The notes under the pieces: generated by a model
Told to the model about the DNA's origin: nothing
Seen by the model: only the letters and a program-made list of their open reading frames with translations
Databases searched by the model: none
Shown here: one piece after another, positions 55,759 through 64,000 of the stretch
Layout: each line of letters opens with the position of its first letter
How positions within the stretch are numbered: the first letter of the stretch is position 1
Translations under genes and position numbers: made by a program
Origin: Verrucomicrobiota bacterium
GTDB lineage: Bacteria > Verrucomicrobiota > Lentisphaeria > JABSQK01 > JAJFLO01
Length of the DNA: 64,000 nt
NCBI GenBank assembly: GCA_021772615.1
Contig: JAJFLQ010000160.1
Location: 207-64,206, forward strand
Direction of reading: 5' to 3'

Positions 55759-57083
55759 AAGCAAAGCAACTGGGAATACTTATCGTTGTCGGCGCGCTGG
55801 CGGCGGCGGCTGGATTGTTCATGCACCAGCGAAACCAGGAAAAGTCCTTCGCTACGCAGACTGAACTGGGGCAGAAGCTGTATCCCGACTTTCCCGTCAA
55901 CGAGATTCGCAAGATACATGTCCGTTCCGGCGACAAAGAGGTTATCCTGGCGAAAGCCGACGACGTGTGGCGCGTGAATACGAGCCATGCATACTACGCC
56001 GATTTCAAAAAGATTGCAGACTTTCTCAAAAAGCTGCCCGAGCTGAAGGCGTTGCAGGTCATAGACATTGATCCGGCGGATTACGGGCGGCTGGCGCTGG
56101 ACAAATCCGATGCCGACGAGGACGCAGGCACGGTGGTGGAGTTTGTCGGCGCGTCGGACAAGGTAATCGGCAGCATCGTGCTCGGTAAGAATCACATGAA
56201 ACAAGGCGGCGGCAACTCTCCGTACGGCGGCGGTGGTTGGCCCGATGGCCGCTACATACTCGAGCCGAGTTCCGGGATTGCAGCACTGGTGTCGGAGACG
56301 TTCTCCGCAATAACCGTCGACAGCGCAAACTGGATCGACAAGACCTTCTTCAAGGCCGGCAAACTGAAGCGCGGGACGTTGGAGACTGGCGACTCAGTCG
56401 ACTGGACCGTACAGCGCGCCGACGAATCAGACGCCTTGACACTGGCCGACCTGCAGCCTGGCGAGGTTCTCGAAAGCAGCAAGATCAGCGGCGTCGACGG
56501 TGCGTTGAACTATCCTAATTTTTCAAAGATAGCCGATCCTGAATCAAGTGATGCGTCACTGGGATTGGATGCACCGCGGATATACACCGCAGAAATGTTT
56601 GACGGCATGTCAATTTCGCTGCAGATCGGAACAAAGACGGGAGATAATACCTATCCGGTGAGGGCAACGTTCGCGTTCACAGAGCCAAAAGCACCCGTGG
56701 CGCCCGAGGATGAAAGCGATGAAGACCGAACCACGCGGGAGGCCGAATTTACAACCAAGGTGGCGGAAACCCGGCAGAAGGTCAATGAATACAACGATAC
56801 TTTCACCGGCTGGACCTACCTCATGTCCACGTACAGCATAGATAAGCTCTTGATAGATCGCGCCGCCTTCATCAAGAAGTCCGAAGATTCGGGTGATGCA
56901 GACAAGACATCCGCCGAAACGTCCATGCCCGGACCGCTCGGCCCGATCACAACGCTGCCACGCATTGATCTTCCCGTCAGCGAAACGCCACCGGCGAAGG
57001 CAGAGGGCAGCACGACCGTGCCCCCGCCGGTAACGGTGCCGGCAACAGCAGGCGACACGGACAACGGCGATACCGAGGAATAA
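55755..57083 (+). CDS. DUF4340-like secreted/anchored protein at the end of the gldAFG operon
   Basis: Its start overlaps the gldG stop (ATGA). It has a signal/anchor (MKAKQLGILIVVGALAAAAGLF) and a Pro/Thr-rich acidic tail. The family call comes from the typical gldG-DUF4340 gene order and is made with low certainty. Confidence 0.45.
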   Translation: MKAKQLGILIVVGALAAAAGLFMHQRNQEKSFATQTELGQKLYPDFPVNEIRKIHVRSGDKEVILAKADDVWRVNTSHAYYADFKKIADFLKKLPELKALQVIDIDPADYGRLALDKSDADEDAGTVVEFVGASDKVIGSIVLGKNHMKQGGGNSPYGGGGWPDGRYILEPSSGIAALVSETFSAITVDSANWIDKTFFKAGKLKRGTLETGDSVDWTVQRADESDALTLADLQPGEVLESSKISGVDGALNYPNFSKIADPESSDASLGLDAPRIYTAEMFDGMSISLQIGTKTGDNTYPVRATFAFTEPKAPVAPEDESDEDRTTREAEFTTKVAETRQKVNEYNDTFTGWTYLMSTYSIDKLLIDRAAFIKKSEDSGDADKTSAETSMPGPLGPITTLPRIDLPVSETPPAKAEGSTTVPPPVTVPATAGDTDNGDTEE

Positions 57084-57122
57084 GTAATAAGCGCACACGG
57101 TCTAATATAAGAACGCCGTCGC

Positions 57123-57935
57123 TTACGTAGTCCCGTCCTCCCGGTACACCTCCCGCGCGTCTATTACCGGGCCATCCCTGCAGGTCCGTACGTACTCCCA
57201 ACCGTCGGCGTTATCGGCTTTTCGCTTCATAACGCATGTGAAACACGCGCCGACCCCGCAACACATATTCATGTCGTAACTCAGGTAGGCCTCAATATCC
57301 CGGGCAAGACACATGTCGGCGACGGCATCCAACATGGCGTTAGGGCCGCATGCATACGTGACCGGTGACGCCCCGGCGGTTTCGGTCAAGACGCGGTCCA
57401 AAAGCTCCGTGACCAGCCCCTGGTGTCCGCAGGACCCGTCGTCGGTAGATATATGCACGCGGAATCCGGTCGCGGCAAACGCGTCCTCAACGAGAATATC
57501 CGCTTTGTTACGAGCGCCCAGCAGGCAAACTCCGGGCTGTGCGGCGCCCCTGGCAATAAGGTACGTCGACGCACAGCCGTATCCACCGGCAACGATGATG
57601 ATCCCGCGCCCGATGGGCGTTGCCGGAAATCCGTTGCCCAATGGTCCCAACAAACTGATGCGTTTCCCACGCTCAACGGCGGCAAGAGCGGTGCTTCCTG
57701 CACCGACGACTTTGTAAATCACCGACAACGTCCCCTCATCGGTGGACGCATCGAAGACGCTGAACGGACGTCGCAGTGTGAGGTGCGGCATATCCGGCAG
57801 CTGGATATGGACAAACTGTCCGGCCTTGACACCGGGGGTGATGAGACGGGAGCGAAAGGTGATCTGGAAATAATCACCACGGTAATTACAGTTTTCAAGA
57901 ACATCGCATACTTCCTGAAAACGGCTATGATTCAT
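57123..57935 (-). CDS. pyrK: Dihydroorotate dehydrogenase electron-transfer subunit-like flavoprotein (PyrK family: FAD/NAD-binding + C-terminal [2Fe-2S] cysteines)
   Basis: 'RRPFSV' is the FAD-binding motif. 'GGYGCAS' is present. The C-terminal cysteines are CGPNAM...CCGVGACFTC. The start MNHSRF is at 57935. Confidence 0.65.
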   Translation of the reverse strand: MNHSRFQEVCDVLENCNYRGDYFQITFRSRLITPGVKAGQFVHIQLPDMPHLTLRRPFSVFDASTDEGTLSVIYKVVGAGSTALAAVERGKRISLLGPLGNGFPATPIGRGIIIVAGGYGCASTYLIARGAAQPGVCLLGARNKADILVEDAFAATGFRVHISTDDGSCGHQGLVTELLDRVLTETAGASPVTYACGPNAMLDAVADMCLARDIEAYLSYDMNMCCGVGACFTCVMKRKADNADGWEYVRTCRDGPVIDAREVYREDGTT

Positions 57936-58194
57936 TTCGGATCCGATCTTTGTCCCGCTCGCAGCGAGAACGCAGCGATGCACGCTCAACCGTGAGATCT
58001 TCGTTCAATTGTGTGATGCGCTGCACATCGCCGGAGGCATCGCGAAGCCGCTGCTGGTGCATGATATCCGTTTCTGCGCGTTTCGCTTCGTACCTCCGTT
58101 CGACTTCGGCGATTCGCGTCTTCTGTTCATCTGTGAGATGCGACACAGGTTCGTCGCCAAATCGTGCCATTGCCAGTTCATACGCGCTTTTCAT
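57925..58194 (-). CDS. Small hypothetical protein
   Basis: The ORF is about 90 aa (ORF tool start 58218, alternative MKSAYEL at 58194) and overlaps the pyrK-like start by ~10 nt. There are no motifs. It may not be expressed. Confidence 0.2.
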   Translation of the reverse strand: MKSAYELAMARFGDEPVSHLTDEQKTRIAEVERRYEAKRAETDIMHQQRLRDASGDVQRITQLNEDLTVERASLRSRCERDKDRIRNES

Positions 58195-58267
58195 TGGGAC
58201 AATACTCCTCGTCGACATTAGTTATGACGAAACCGTGGTTCAAGTTCACATCTTGCGGTATACTATA

Positions 58268-58344
58268 TTGGTACCCGGGAGAGGAATCGAACCTCCGACC
58301 CAAAGTTTAGGAAACTTTTGCTCTATCCACTGAGCTACCCGGGC
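58268..58344 (-). tRNA. tRNA-Arg (anticodon CCT)
   Basis: The reverse complement is GCCCGGGTAGCTCAGTGGATAGAGCAAAAGTTTCCTAAACTTTGGGTCGGAGGTTCGATTCCTCTCCCGGGTACCA. It folds as a cloverleaf with anticodon loop TTCCTAA and CCA encoded. Confidence 0.8.
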
Positions 58345-58488
58345 AAAAATCGGTGCCTGTAGTCTGTCGGTCCGGCCGGCGACTGCGAATAACCTATCGG
58401 AGAAAATCGGCGGGACTAATCCTAGTATACCCGATATCCCGAATCAAGCGTGAACCACGGAAAATCTAGATACAACGGATCAGAGAAA

Positions 58489-58926
58489 ATGGCCGACATC
58501 GCGACAAACCGCAAAGCTTACCATGATTATCAGGTATTGGAAACATACGAGGCCGGTATTGCACTTCGCGGTACTGAAGTAAAATCCTGCCGGCAACACA
58601 ATGTGAATTTCATGGACTCCCACGCCGGCATCACCGGCAATACTGTCCGACTTTACAATTTGCACATCACACCATACGCCCAGGGCAATATCAACAATCA
58701 TGAACCGCTGCGCCCGCGCTCCCTTTTACTTAAGAAACCGGAGATTCGCAAACTGGCAATGGCACTGAAGCAGAAAGGACTGACGCTGGTGCCGTTGTCA
58801 CTATATCTCAAGCACGGCTTGATCAAGGTCAAACTCGGTGTCTGTCGCGGAAAATCGCAAGGTGACAAACGTGAATCACTTAAGAAAAAACAGCACGAGC
58901 GCGACATGCGCCGGGTCATGCGGTGA
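58489..58926 (+). CDS. smpB: SsrA-binding protein
   Basis: 'IATNRKAYHDYQVLETYEAGIALRGTEVKS' is present. The ORF begins at 58450. The likely start is MADIAT at 58489. Confidence 0.85.
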   Translation: MADIATNRKAYHDYQVLETYEAGIALRGTEVKSCRQHNVNFMDSHAGITGNTVRLYNLHITPYAQGNINNHEPLRPRSLLLKKPEIRKLAMALKQKGLTLVPLSLYLKHGLIKVKLGVCRGKSQGDKRESLKKKQHERDMRRVMR

Positions 58927-58932
58927 GCTGTA

Positions 58933-59973
58933 ATGCTGCTATCGGATTTTGATTATGACCTGCCTGATGACCTGATTGCCCAACATCCAATGGTCAATCG
59001 CCGCGCGTCGCGAATGATGGTGATGCGGCGGTCTACTGGTGATGTGGCATTGCGCACCTTCGCGGATTTCCCGTCATTTGTGAAACCCGGTGACTGCCTG
59101 GTGGTGAATGATACACGGGTAATACCTGCCCGGTTGCACGGTGCAAAAAGCGACACAGGCGGAAAGGTGGAAGCCCTCCTGACGCGCGAGATATCGCCCG
59201 GCGTCTGGCACGCACTCCTGAAGCCTGGGAAACGCCTTAAACCCGGCACCGAGGTTGAAATCGATACAGATCGCGCCGACCGCGTGACGTTTACCGTGAT
59301 TGCCAGGGAGGAAGACGGTTCCGCCACGATCAGGTTTTCCTGTATGGATGTATCAAACGTGCTGAACCGGTACGGTCATATACCGTTGCCGCCGTACATT
59401 CGCCGTGACGACACCGGCGAGGATGCAGACCGCTACCAAACGGTGTACGGTACCAACCCCGGTGCAATCGCAGCCCCCACAGCCGGCCTTCATTTCGACC
59501 GCGACATTCTGGAGCAATTGGAGGCACGGTCGATTCGTATCGTCAGACTGACGCTCCACGTCGGCATCGGCACGTTTAAAACAATAGCAACGGAGCATAT
59601 AGAAGACCACAACATCCATCAGGAGTATTACGACCTGCCTCCGAAATCGGCGGCAATAATCAACGACACCAAACAGTCCGGCGGTGCGATCGTTGCGATA
59701 GGCACCACCACCGTACGTGTACTCGAATCCTGCGCCAATCCCGACCACACCGTGTCCCCGGACAGCGGATTCACTACGATATATCTTCACCCGCCCTACA
59801 GGCCAAAAATACCGGACATGCTGCTTACGAACTTTCACTTGCCCAGATCCAGTCTGCTCGTGCTGCTATGCTGCTTTGCATCCCGGCAAGCGGTTCTGGA
59901 TGCGTATCGGACAGCCGTACGCGAGCGCTTCCGCTTTTACAGCTATGGCGATTGCATGTTACTAAAAAATTAA
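58933..59973 (+). CDS. queA: S-adenosylmethionine:tRNA ribosyltransferase-isomerase
   Basis: The N-terminus is 'MLLSDFDYDLPDDLIAQHP'. 'TAGLHF' and 'VGIGTF' are present. 346 aa. Confidence 0.9.
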   Translation: MLLSDFDYDLPDDLIAQHPMVNRRASRMMVMRRSTGDVALRTFADFPSFVKPGDCLVVNDTRVIPARLHGAKSDTGGKVEALLTREISPGVWHALLKPGKRLKPGTEVEIDTDRADRVTFTVIAREEDGSATIRFSCMDVSNVLNRYGHIPLPPYIRRDDTGEDADRYQTVYGTNPGAIAAPTAGLHFDRDILEQLEARSIRIVRLTLHVGIGTFKTIATEHIEDHNIHQEYYDLPPKSAAIINDTKQSGGAIVAIGTTTVRVLESCANPDHTVSPDSGFTTIYLHPPYRPKIPDMLLTNFHLPRSSLLVLLCCFASRQAVLDAYRTAVRERFRFYSYGDCMLLKN

Positions 59974-60026
59974 ACCGGCATCCGCCACGGGCAGGTATCG
60001 ACGCATCACTGCCCGCCTCGTCAATT

Positions 60027-60608
60027 ATGGTCTTGTCCAAAACCGTATCTCGATTCATACGCCGAATGACGATCTGTAGTTTCCTGGCAGCGGCAACCAT
60101 TGCCATCGCCGTGGTGGTGATGATTGCCGACAGGACAAAACGAATGGCGGTATACAACAAGATGATTTCAGAAGCGGGCCTGCGACACGATGTCGATCCA
60201 CTTCTTATCAGCGCCGTGATCCGCCAGGAGAGCAACTACGACTCGGACGCCGTCGGCAAGCATGACGAGGTTGGTCTGATGCAGATCACGCCGCTCGCGA
60301 TCAAGGACTGGGCAGACTGGCATCGTCGCGACGCTCCGCGACGCGGACTTATATTCACACCGGCTCTGAACATCGAAATCGGCACATGGTACCTGGCCAA
60401 AGGGTTGCGGGACTGGCGCAACAGTCAAGATCGGGTCATCCTTGCTCTTGCCCAATACAACGCCGGGAGAAGCCGGGCAATCAAATGGGCCACGGAACTT
60501 AAGGGAAAAAATGTATTGGAATCCATTCCATTCAAGTCCACCCGACACTATATTGAACGCGTACTCAGGTATCATCAGCAGTTAACCGACGAAGATGGCA
60601 GACAATGA
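60027..60608 (+). CDS. Lytic transglycosylase (SLT domain) with an N-terminal membrane anchor
   Basis: 'LISAVIRQESNYDSDAVGKHDEVGLMQI' gives the catalytic Glu in the ES motif. 'AQYNAG' is present. The likely start is 60027 (MVLSKT). Confidence 0.7.
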   Translation: MVLSKTVSRFIRRMTICSFLAAATIAIAVVVMIADRTKRMAVYNKMISEAGLRHDVDPLLISAVIRQESNYDSDAVGKHDEVGLMQITPLAIKDWADWHRRDAPRRGLIFTPALNIEIGTWYLAKGLRDWRNSQDRVILALAQYNAGRSRAIKWATELKGKNVLESIPFKSTRHYIERVLRYHQQLTDEDGRQ

Positions 60609-61426
60609 CGCAGACACGGACACTTGTCCCGACTGGTGATCAGCACAAGCTCGATGCCCTGATAAAGTTGCTGGAGGACGAAGACGCGCATATTTCGACA
60701 GTGGCCATGGAACAGTTGCTCAATATGGAGCACTGCATCGACGGTATCCTGGCGGAATTTCAGGAGAGCCACAATCCCATTCTTCGGAACCGTATCCATC
60801 AAATGGGAAATATTCTCAAGATCCGGCGTTCGCGCGTGAGCTTCATAGAGAGTGTCCAACATTCCAGATTGAATCTCTGGGACGGGATCGTACAGATAAA
60901 CTACCAGTTCAATCCGCGCCTGAACGTCCAGGAAGTAGAGAAAATGTTTTCTTCGATGGCTCAGCGACTGCCCAAAAAATTAACAACCGCACGGCTCGCA
61001 AGCTTTATGCGCAAGAAAAATTTCACCTGCGCCGATGAAGACGTGCTGAACGCCGACCTCTACCTTATCGAGGAAGTGTTGCTGCAGCGTATCGGTTCAC
61101 CGTTATTACTCTCGGTAATCGCCATGCTGCTCGGCGAACCCCGTGGCTGGTCCGCAGCTATCGTGATTTACAAGGGACGGCACTGCCTTCTGGACAAGAC
61201 GAACACGTTGATCGAACCGGCCGAAGACTGGCGCATGACACCGTTGACCAACACCGACAAGATCCATCCTTGTGATAAAAATGAAACATGGCTCATCATC
61301 CTGTGTCAATTATTTGTGTCGGCTGTGCTGGAGGGGCGATTGCAGGCGATCCATCGCGTAGGATCGCTTCTGGCCGAACTCAATGCGGGCCATGTGCGTG
61401 ACCTGCCGTTTCCATTGGGCAGCTAG
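60605..61426 (+). CDS. Hypothetical protein
   Basis: 273 aa and helical-looking, overlapping the upstream gene by 4 bp. No motif was recognised. Confidence 0.35.
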   Translation: MTQTRTLVPTGDQHKLDALIKLLEDEDAHISTVAMEQLLNMEHCIDGILAEFQESHNPILRNRIHQMGNILKIRRSRVSFIESVQHSRLNLWDGIVQINYQFNPRLNVQEVEKMFSSMAQRLPKKLTTARLASFMRKKNFTCADEDVLNADLYLIEEVLLQRIGSPLLLSVIAMLLGEPRGWSAAIVIYKGRHCLLDKTNTLIEPAEDWRMTPLTNTDKIHPCDKNETWLIILCQLFVSAVLEGRLQAIHRVGSLLAELNAGHVRDLPFPLGS

Positions 61427-61571
61427 CCTGTCGGACGAAACGAATCGGTGAATGCCGTAATGTCGCACGATTTCGACGTCGTTTCGGATTATCGAGTCCG
61501 AACGTGGCGTGGCTCAGTACACAACCTCATGATCGGGGTTCAACCATGCATGCTAAAACAGGATACAGTAA

Positions 61572-62702
61572 ATGCGTACCGTCCAAACTTTCATTATAGC
61601 CATGGCGATGGGTATGACGTCCCTGTTATCAGGACAATCCACCGCGACCGAAACAGCGGTTCAGTTGCCGCAACTGGACTATTCCGATGAACTCAAACGC
61701 TACGAATTCGAGATCGAAGTACGTGCATTTCAGGCGTTGAAGGAGGAGCTGGACGCGCATAAATATGCAGAATCGTTGAAGATAACGGGTCCGATACATC
61801 CTGCCGTAATGACGCAGGACCAGGTGCGTCTGCAGATTGCCGATGAGCTCAAACGCATTGTTGAGGAGCAATTTCCCAATTCGCGTTATACAGAGATTAA
61901 GAACGAAGCCGAGCAGTTGTACAAAATGTACAAGGTCGGTGAACGTATAACAATCAAGAGACATTATGGCGGCCAACAATTGGAAGTCGACGGCCTCCTT
62001 GAGGTCATTTCCACCGACCTGGTTAAGATAAGCAGCCTGCCTGTTCCCAAGGTCGATATTGCCAAAGACGATCTCGCTCGGATTTTCTGGGCCGAGCACG
62101 AAGACGCCATTCAGAAATACATTCGCAAACAAACCCGTATTTTCGAGGAGAATCGCAAGACATTTTCTGAGAAACAGAAGAATCTTATCTCCAATAAACT
62201 GTGGCTGGAAAACGGTTATGTGCGCAATAAGAAGACCCGGCGGTGGGTTCCGATTCAGGACGTGTTCATGAATAAATATGAGCGCGAAAAAGACAGCAAG
62301 CTCAATAGTTTGCGTACCGAGATTCGCAAGGAAGTTTACCAGGAAAATAACTTCGTCCACGTACCTGAGCGCGGCGGTTGGATACGCGAGTCCGACCTTG
62401 TCGTCGAAACCACGGTAGAGACGGAGGACGCTACATTCCTGGGCAAGGTAAAGACATTCTTCAAAACCAAGAAGGAGTCGGACAGCGACATCGAGAAATC
62501 AGGCGTTGTTAAAGTCACTGATGAATCCAGCAATGCAACGCCGGCAGGCAACGCCGAGGACGAAAGCGACCTCTGGGATGCAGACGATTTCCAGCACGAC
62601 AGCGGTGAGTCCGGCGACGCGTCACCAGGCGATAAGCCCGCAGATGCCCCGCCGGCGCCCAAGAAAGAGGATGTGAGTGATCTTTTCGACGAGTTCGATT
62701 GA
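61572..62702 (+). CDS. Hypothetical secreted protein with a highly acidic C-terminal tail
   Basis: It has a signal peptide (MRTVQTFIIAMAMGMTSLLSGQS), a Lys/Glu-rich body and a D/E/S-rich C-terminus. Confidence 0.4.
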   Translation: MRTVQTFIIAMAMGMTSLLSGQSTATETAVQLPQLDYSDELKRYEFEIEVRAFQALKEELDAHKYAESLKITGPIHPAVMTQDQVRLQIADELKRIVEEQFPNSRYTEIKNEAEQLYKMYKVGERITIKRHYGGQQLEVDGLLEVISTDLVKISSLPVPKVDIAKDDLARIFWAEHEDAIQKYIRKQTRIFEENRKTFSEKQKNLISNKLWLENGYVRNKKTRRWVPIQDVFMNKYEREKDSKLNSLRTEIRKEVYQENNFVHVPERGGWIRESDLVVETTVETEDATFLGKVKTFFKTKKESDSDIEKSGVVKVTDESSNATPAGNAEDESDLWDADDFQHDSGESGDASPGDKPADAPPAPKKEDVSDLFDEFD

Positions 62703-63935
62703 GTGCCTATGCGCACGGCACAGCACGATCAAAAAATCGTTTTTTCAGATACCGAGCGCAAGACTCGTATCGCCTTCTCGCCCGGCACCGCGGCTGGTCC
62801 TGAAGAAGTTGCAATCGGATCAACGCCAATTGTCGGCGGATGCTTTTGCCGCTTCGGGGCATTAACAGATGCCGCACCGGTTATTGACTCCTTTCATCAC
62901 TGGCGTAAGAACATCGTCCACAATGTCGAGATAAGGGGTTTTATACCTTTCGCCTCGCAGATCGCGTTTCGCCACATTTTCCACAACGCTCCCGGATATC
63001 TCGCGGCGATCACGGATATTACGGTCCCAAGGCGAACGACCCTGTCGGGGCGAATCGAGATCGCATCTGTCACGTTGCCAGGAGCCTGGCATGCGGTAAC
63101 CGGCATCGGTTGTGATGCCAACAGCATCCTGACGGCCACTCGCCGGGAAAAAATCACCGGTGCGCCCGGCGCCGTGATCGCAACATGGGCCGCAGACACC
63201 GTCGCGCTGATATTCGAGAAGTCCTGCGGCCGCAGGATCGAAATCGGCATCGGCAGTGACATCTGGCGCTGGCATATGGGATTTTGTCCGGAGCAGGACG
63301 GGGTCGAAATCGAATTGACCGCACAAGACGATGGTCTTGTCCTGCATCGAATTGTCTCGCGGCCGGATCGCGATTTCGTACCAGCCCCGCGCCGCTACCG
63401 ATTTTCATGGTATATGGCGTGGTCCGACGGACACACGCCCTCGCCGCCGGATGACCGCAAGGCAGTAGGGCCCGTATGGTCTTCGGACGGCGACATAGAC
63501 TTCGAGTCAACACAGCGCCGAATCAAGAACGCTCCCCCTGGAACCGTCCTGGCGATTGATTTCGAAACATTGCAGTGGAATGCCGGCATTCACAGGCGAC
63601 ACGCCGGCCATGGACATGATGAAAAACCCTGCTTCGCCGCGAACCGCACTCTGGTGCGTTGCCGGCGTATTATTCGCCAGATAGCCGCGCTGGATGCCGG
63701 TCCGTTCCCGGTGCAAGTTGGCGGTCTGGCGCCGGGCATATGCGACCACGGCCGACATATCCTGCGGCATGGCAAGAAATTACATTGGGACCTGCCGGCA
63801 ATAATGCAACTGGCGACATGGACACGGCAATGTATTGGCAATTCACGTGAACTCAGCATGAACACCGCAGCTCTGCCCTGCCCCAGTCTCATGAACCTCT
63901 TAACCGCACCGATTCTGCACCATGACGACGACTGA
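62703..63935 (+). CDS. Hypothetical protein
   Basis: 410-aa ORF starting 1 nt after the previous stop. No recognisable domains. Its composition is high-GC, which invites shadow ORFs on the other strand. Confidence 0.3.
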   Translation: MPMRTAQHDQKIVFSDTERKTRIAFSPGTAAGPEEVAIGSTPIVGGCFCRFGALTDAAPVIDSFHHWRKNIVHNVEIRGFIPFASQIAFRHIFHNAPGYLAAITDITVPRRTTLSGRIEIASVTLPGAWHAVTGIGCDANSILTATRREKITGAPGAVIATWAADTVALIFEKSCGRRIEIGIGSDIWRWHMGFCPEQDGVEIELTAQDDGLVLHRIVSRPDRDFVPAPRRYRFSWYMAWSDGHTPSPPDDRKAVGPVWSSDGDIDFESTQRRIKNAPPGTVLAIDFETLQWNAGIHRRHAGHGHDEKPCFAANRTLVRCRRIIRQIAALDAGPFPVQVGGLAPGICDHGRHILRHGKKLHWDLPAIMQLATWTRQCIGNSRELSMNTAALPCPSLMNLLTAPILHHDDD

Positions 63936-64000
63936 TTACGAGGACATGCCGGCGATATCCTGGTTTCCCGGGCACATGCTCAAAGCGGAGAAGCAGCTCG

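Noticed and set aside
1-64000. CRISPR arrays, rRNA genes, integrase/recombinase genes
   Set aside because: No regularly spaced short direct repeats, no 16S/23S/5S-like conserved stretches, and no tyrosine- or serine-recombinase motifs were seen in any ORF. The only mobile-element signal is the HTH fragment at 16634-17011.

Overview
This is a high-GC (roughly 58%) bacterial chromosomal window. It uses the standard genetic code: TGA works as an ordinary stop codon, for example at the zinc-ribbon gene and at the yceD/plsX ATGA overlap. Many adjacent genes overlap by a few bases at their stop/start codons, which suggests compact operons.

Most of the window is core housekeeping:
- the fatty-acid/phospholipid cluster yceD-plsX-fabH-fabG-acpP-fabF
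- ybeY next to a membrane-bound HD-domain hydrolase (PgpH/YqfF-like) and a CorC/HlyC-type CBS-domain protein
- truA, smpB, queA, pyrK-like, and tRNA-Asn(GTT) and tRNA-Arg(CCT)
- a four-gene gldA/gldF/gldG/DUF4340-type ABC system

Among this sit several accessory or unusual elements:
1. A glycosylation-type mini-cluster: a GT4 glycosyltransferase, an FPGT/fucokinase-family sugar-1-phosphate nucleotidyltransferase and two PhyH-family Fe(II)/2OG dioxygenases.
2. A low-GC island directly 3' of tRNA-Asn. It carries a DUF4160/DUF2442 gene pair, with an in-frame TGA in the DUF4160 gene, and fragments resembling transposase genes.
3. An 11.1-kb gene for a secreted ~3,700-aa RHS/YD-repeat protein. It has thrombospondin-3-like Ca-binding repeats, Ig/CarbopepD_reg-like domains, three tandem ~240-aa beta-helix-like repeats, an RHS core ending in DPTGT, and an unrecognisable ~190-aa C-terminal domain. 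The usual downstream immunity gene is missing.
4. A periplasmic beta-propeller/Y_Y_Y sensor whose only cytoplasmic domain is a GAF domain. It is transcribed divergently from a membrane-anchored patatin-like phospholipase, a SAF-domain NAD-binding oxidoreductase and an uncharacterised gene that overlaps it by a stop/start codon.

No CRISPR array and no rRNA genes were seen. All family assignments rest on motifs read by eye from the translations and would need HMM or BLAST confirmation.
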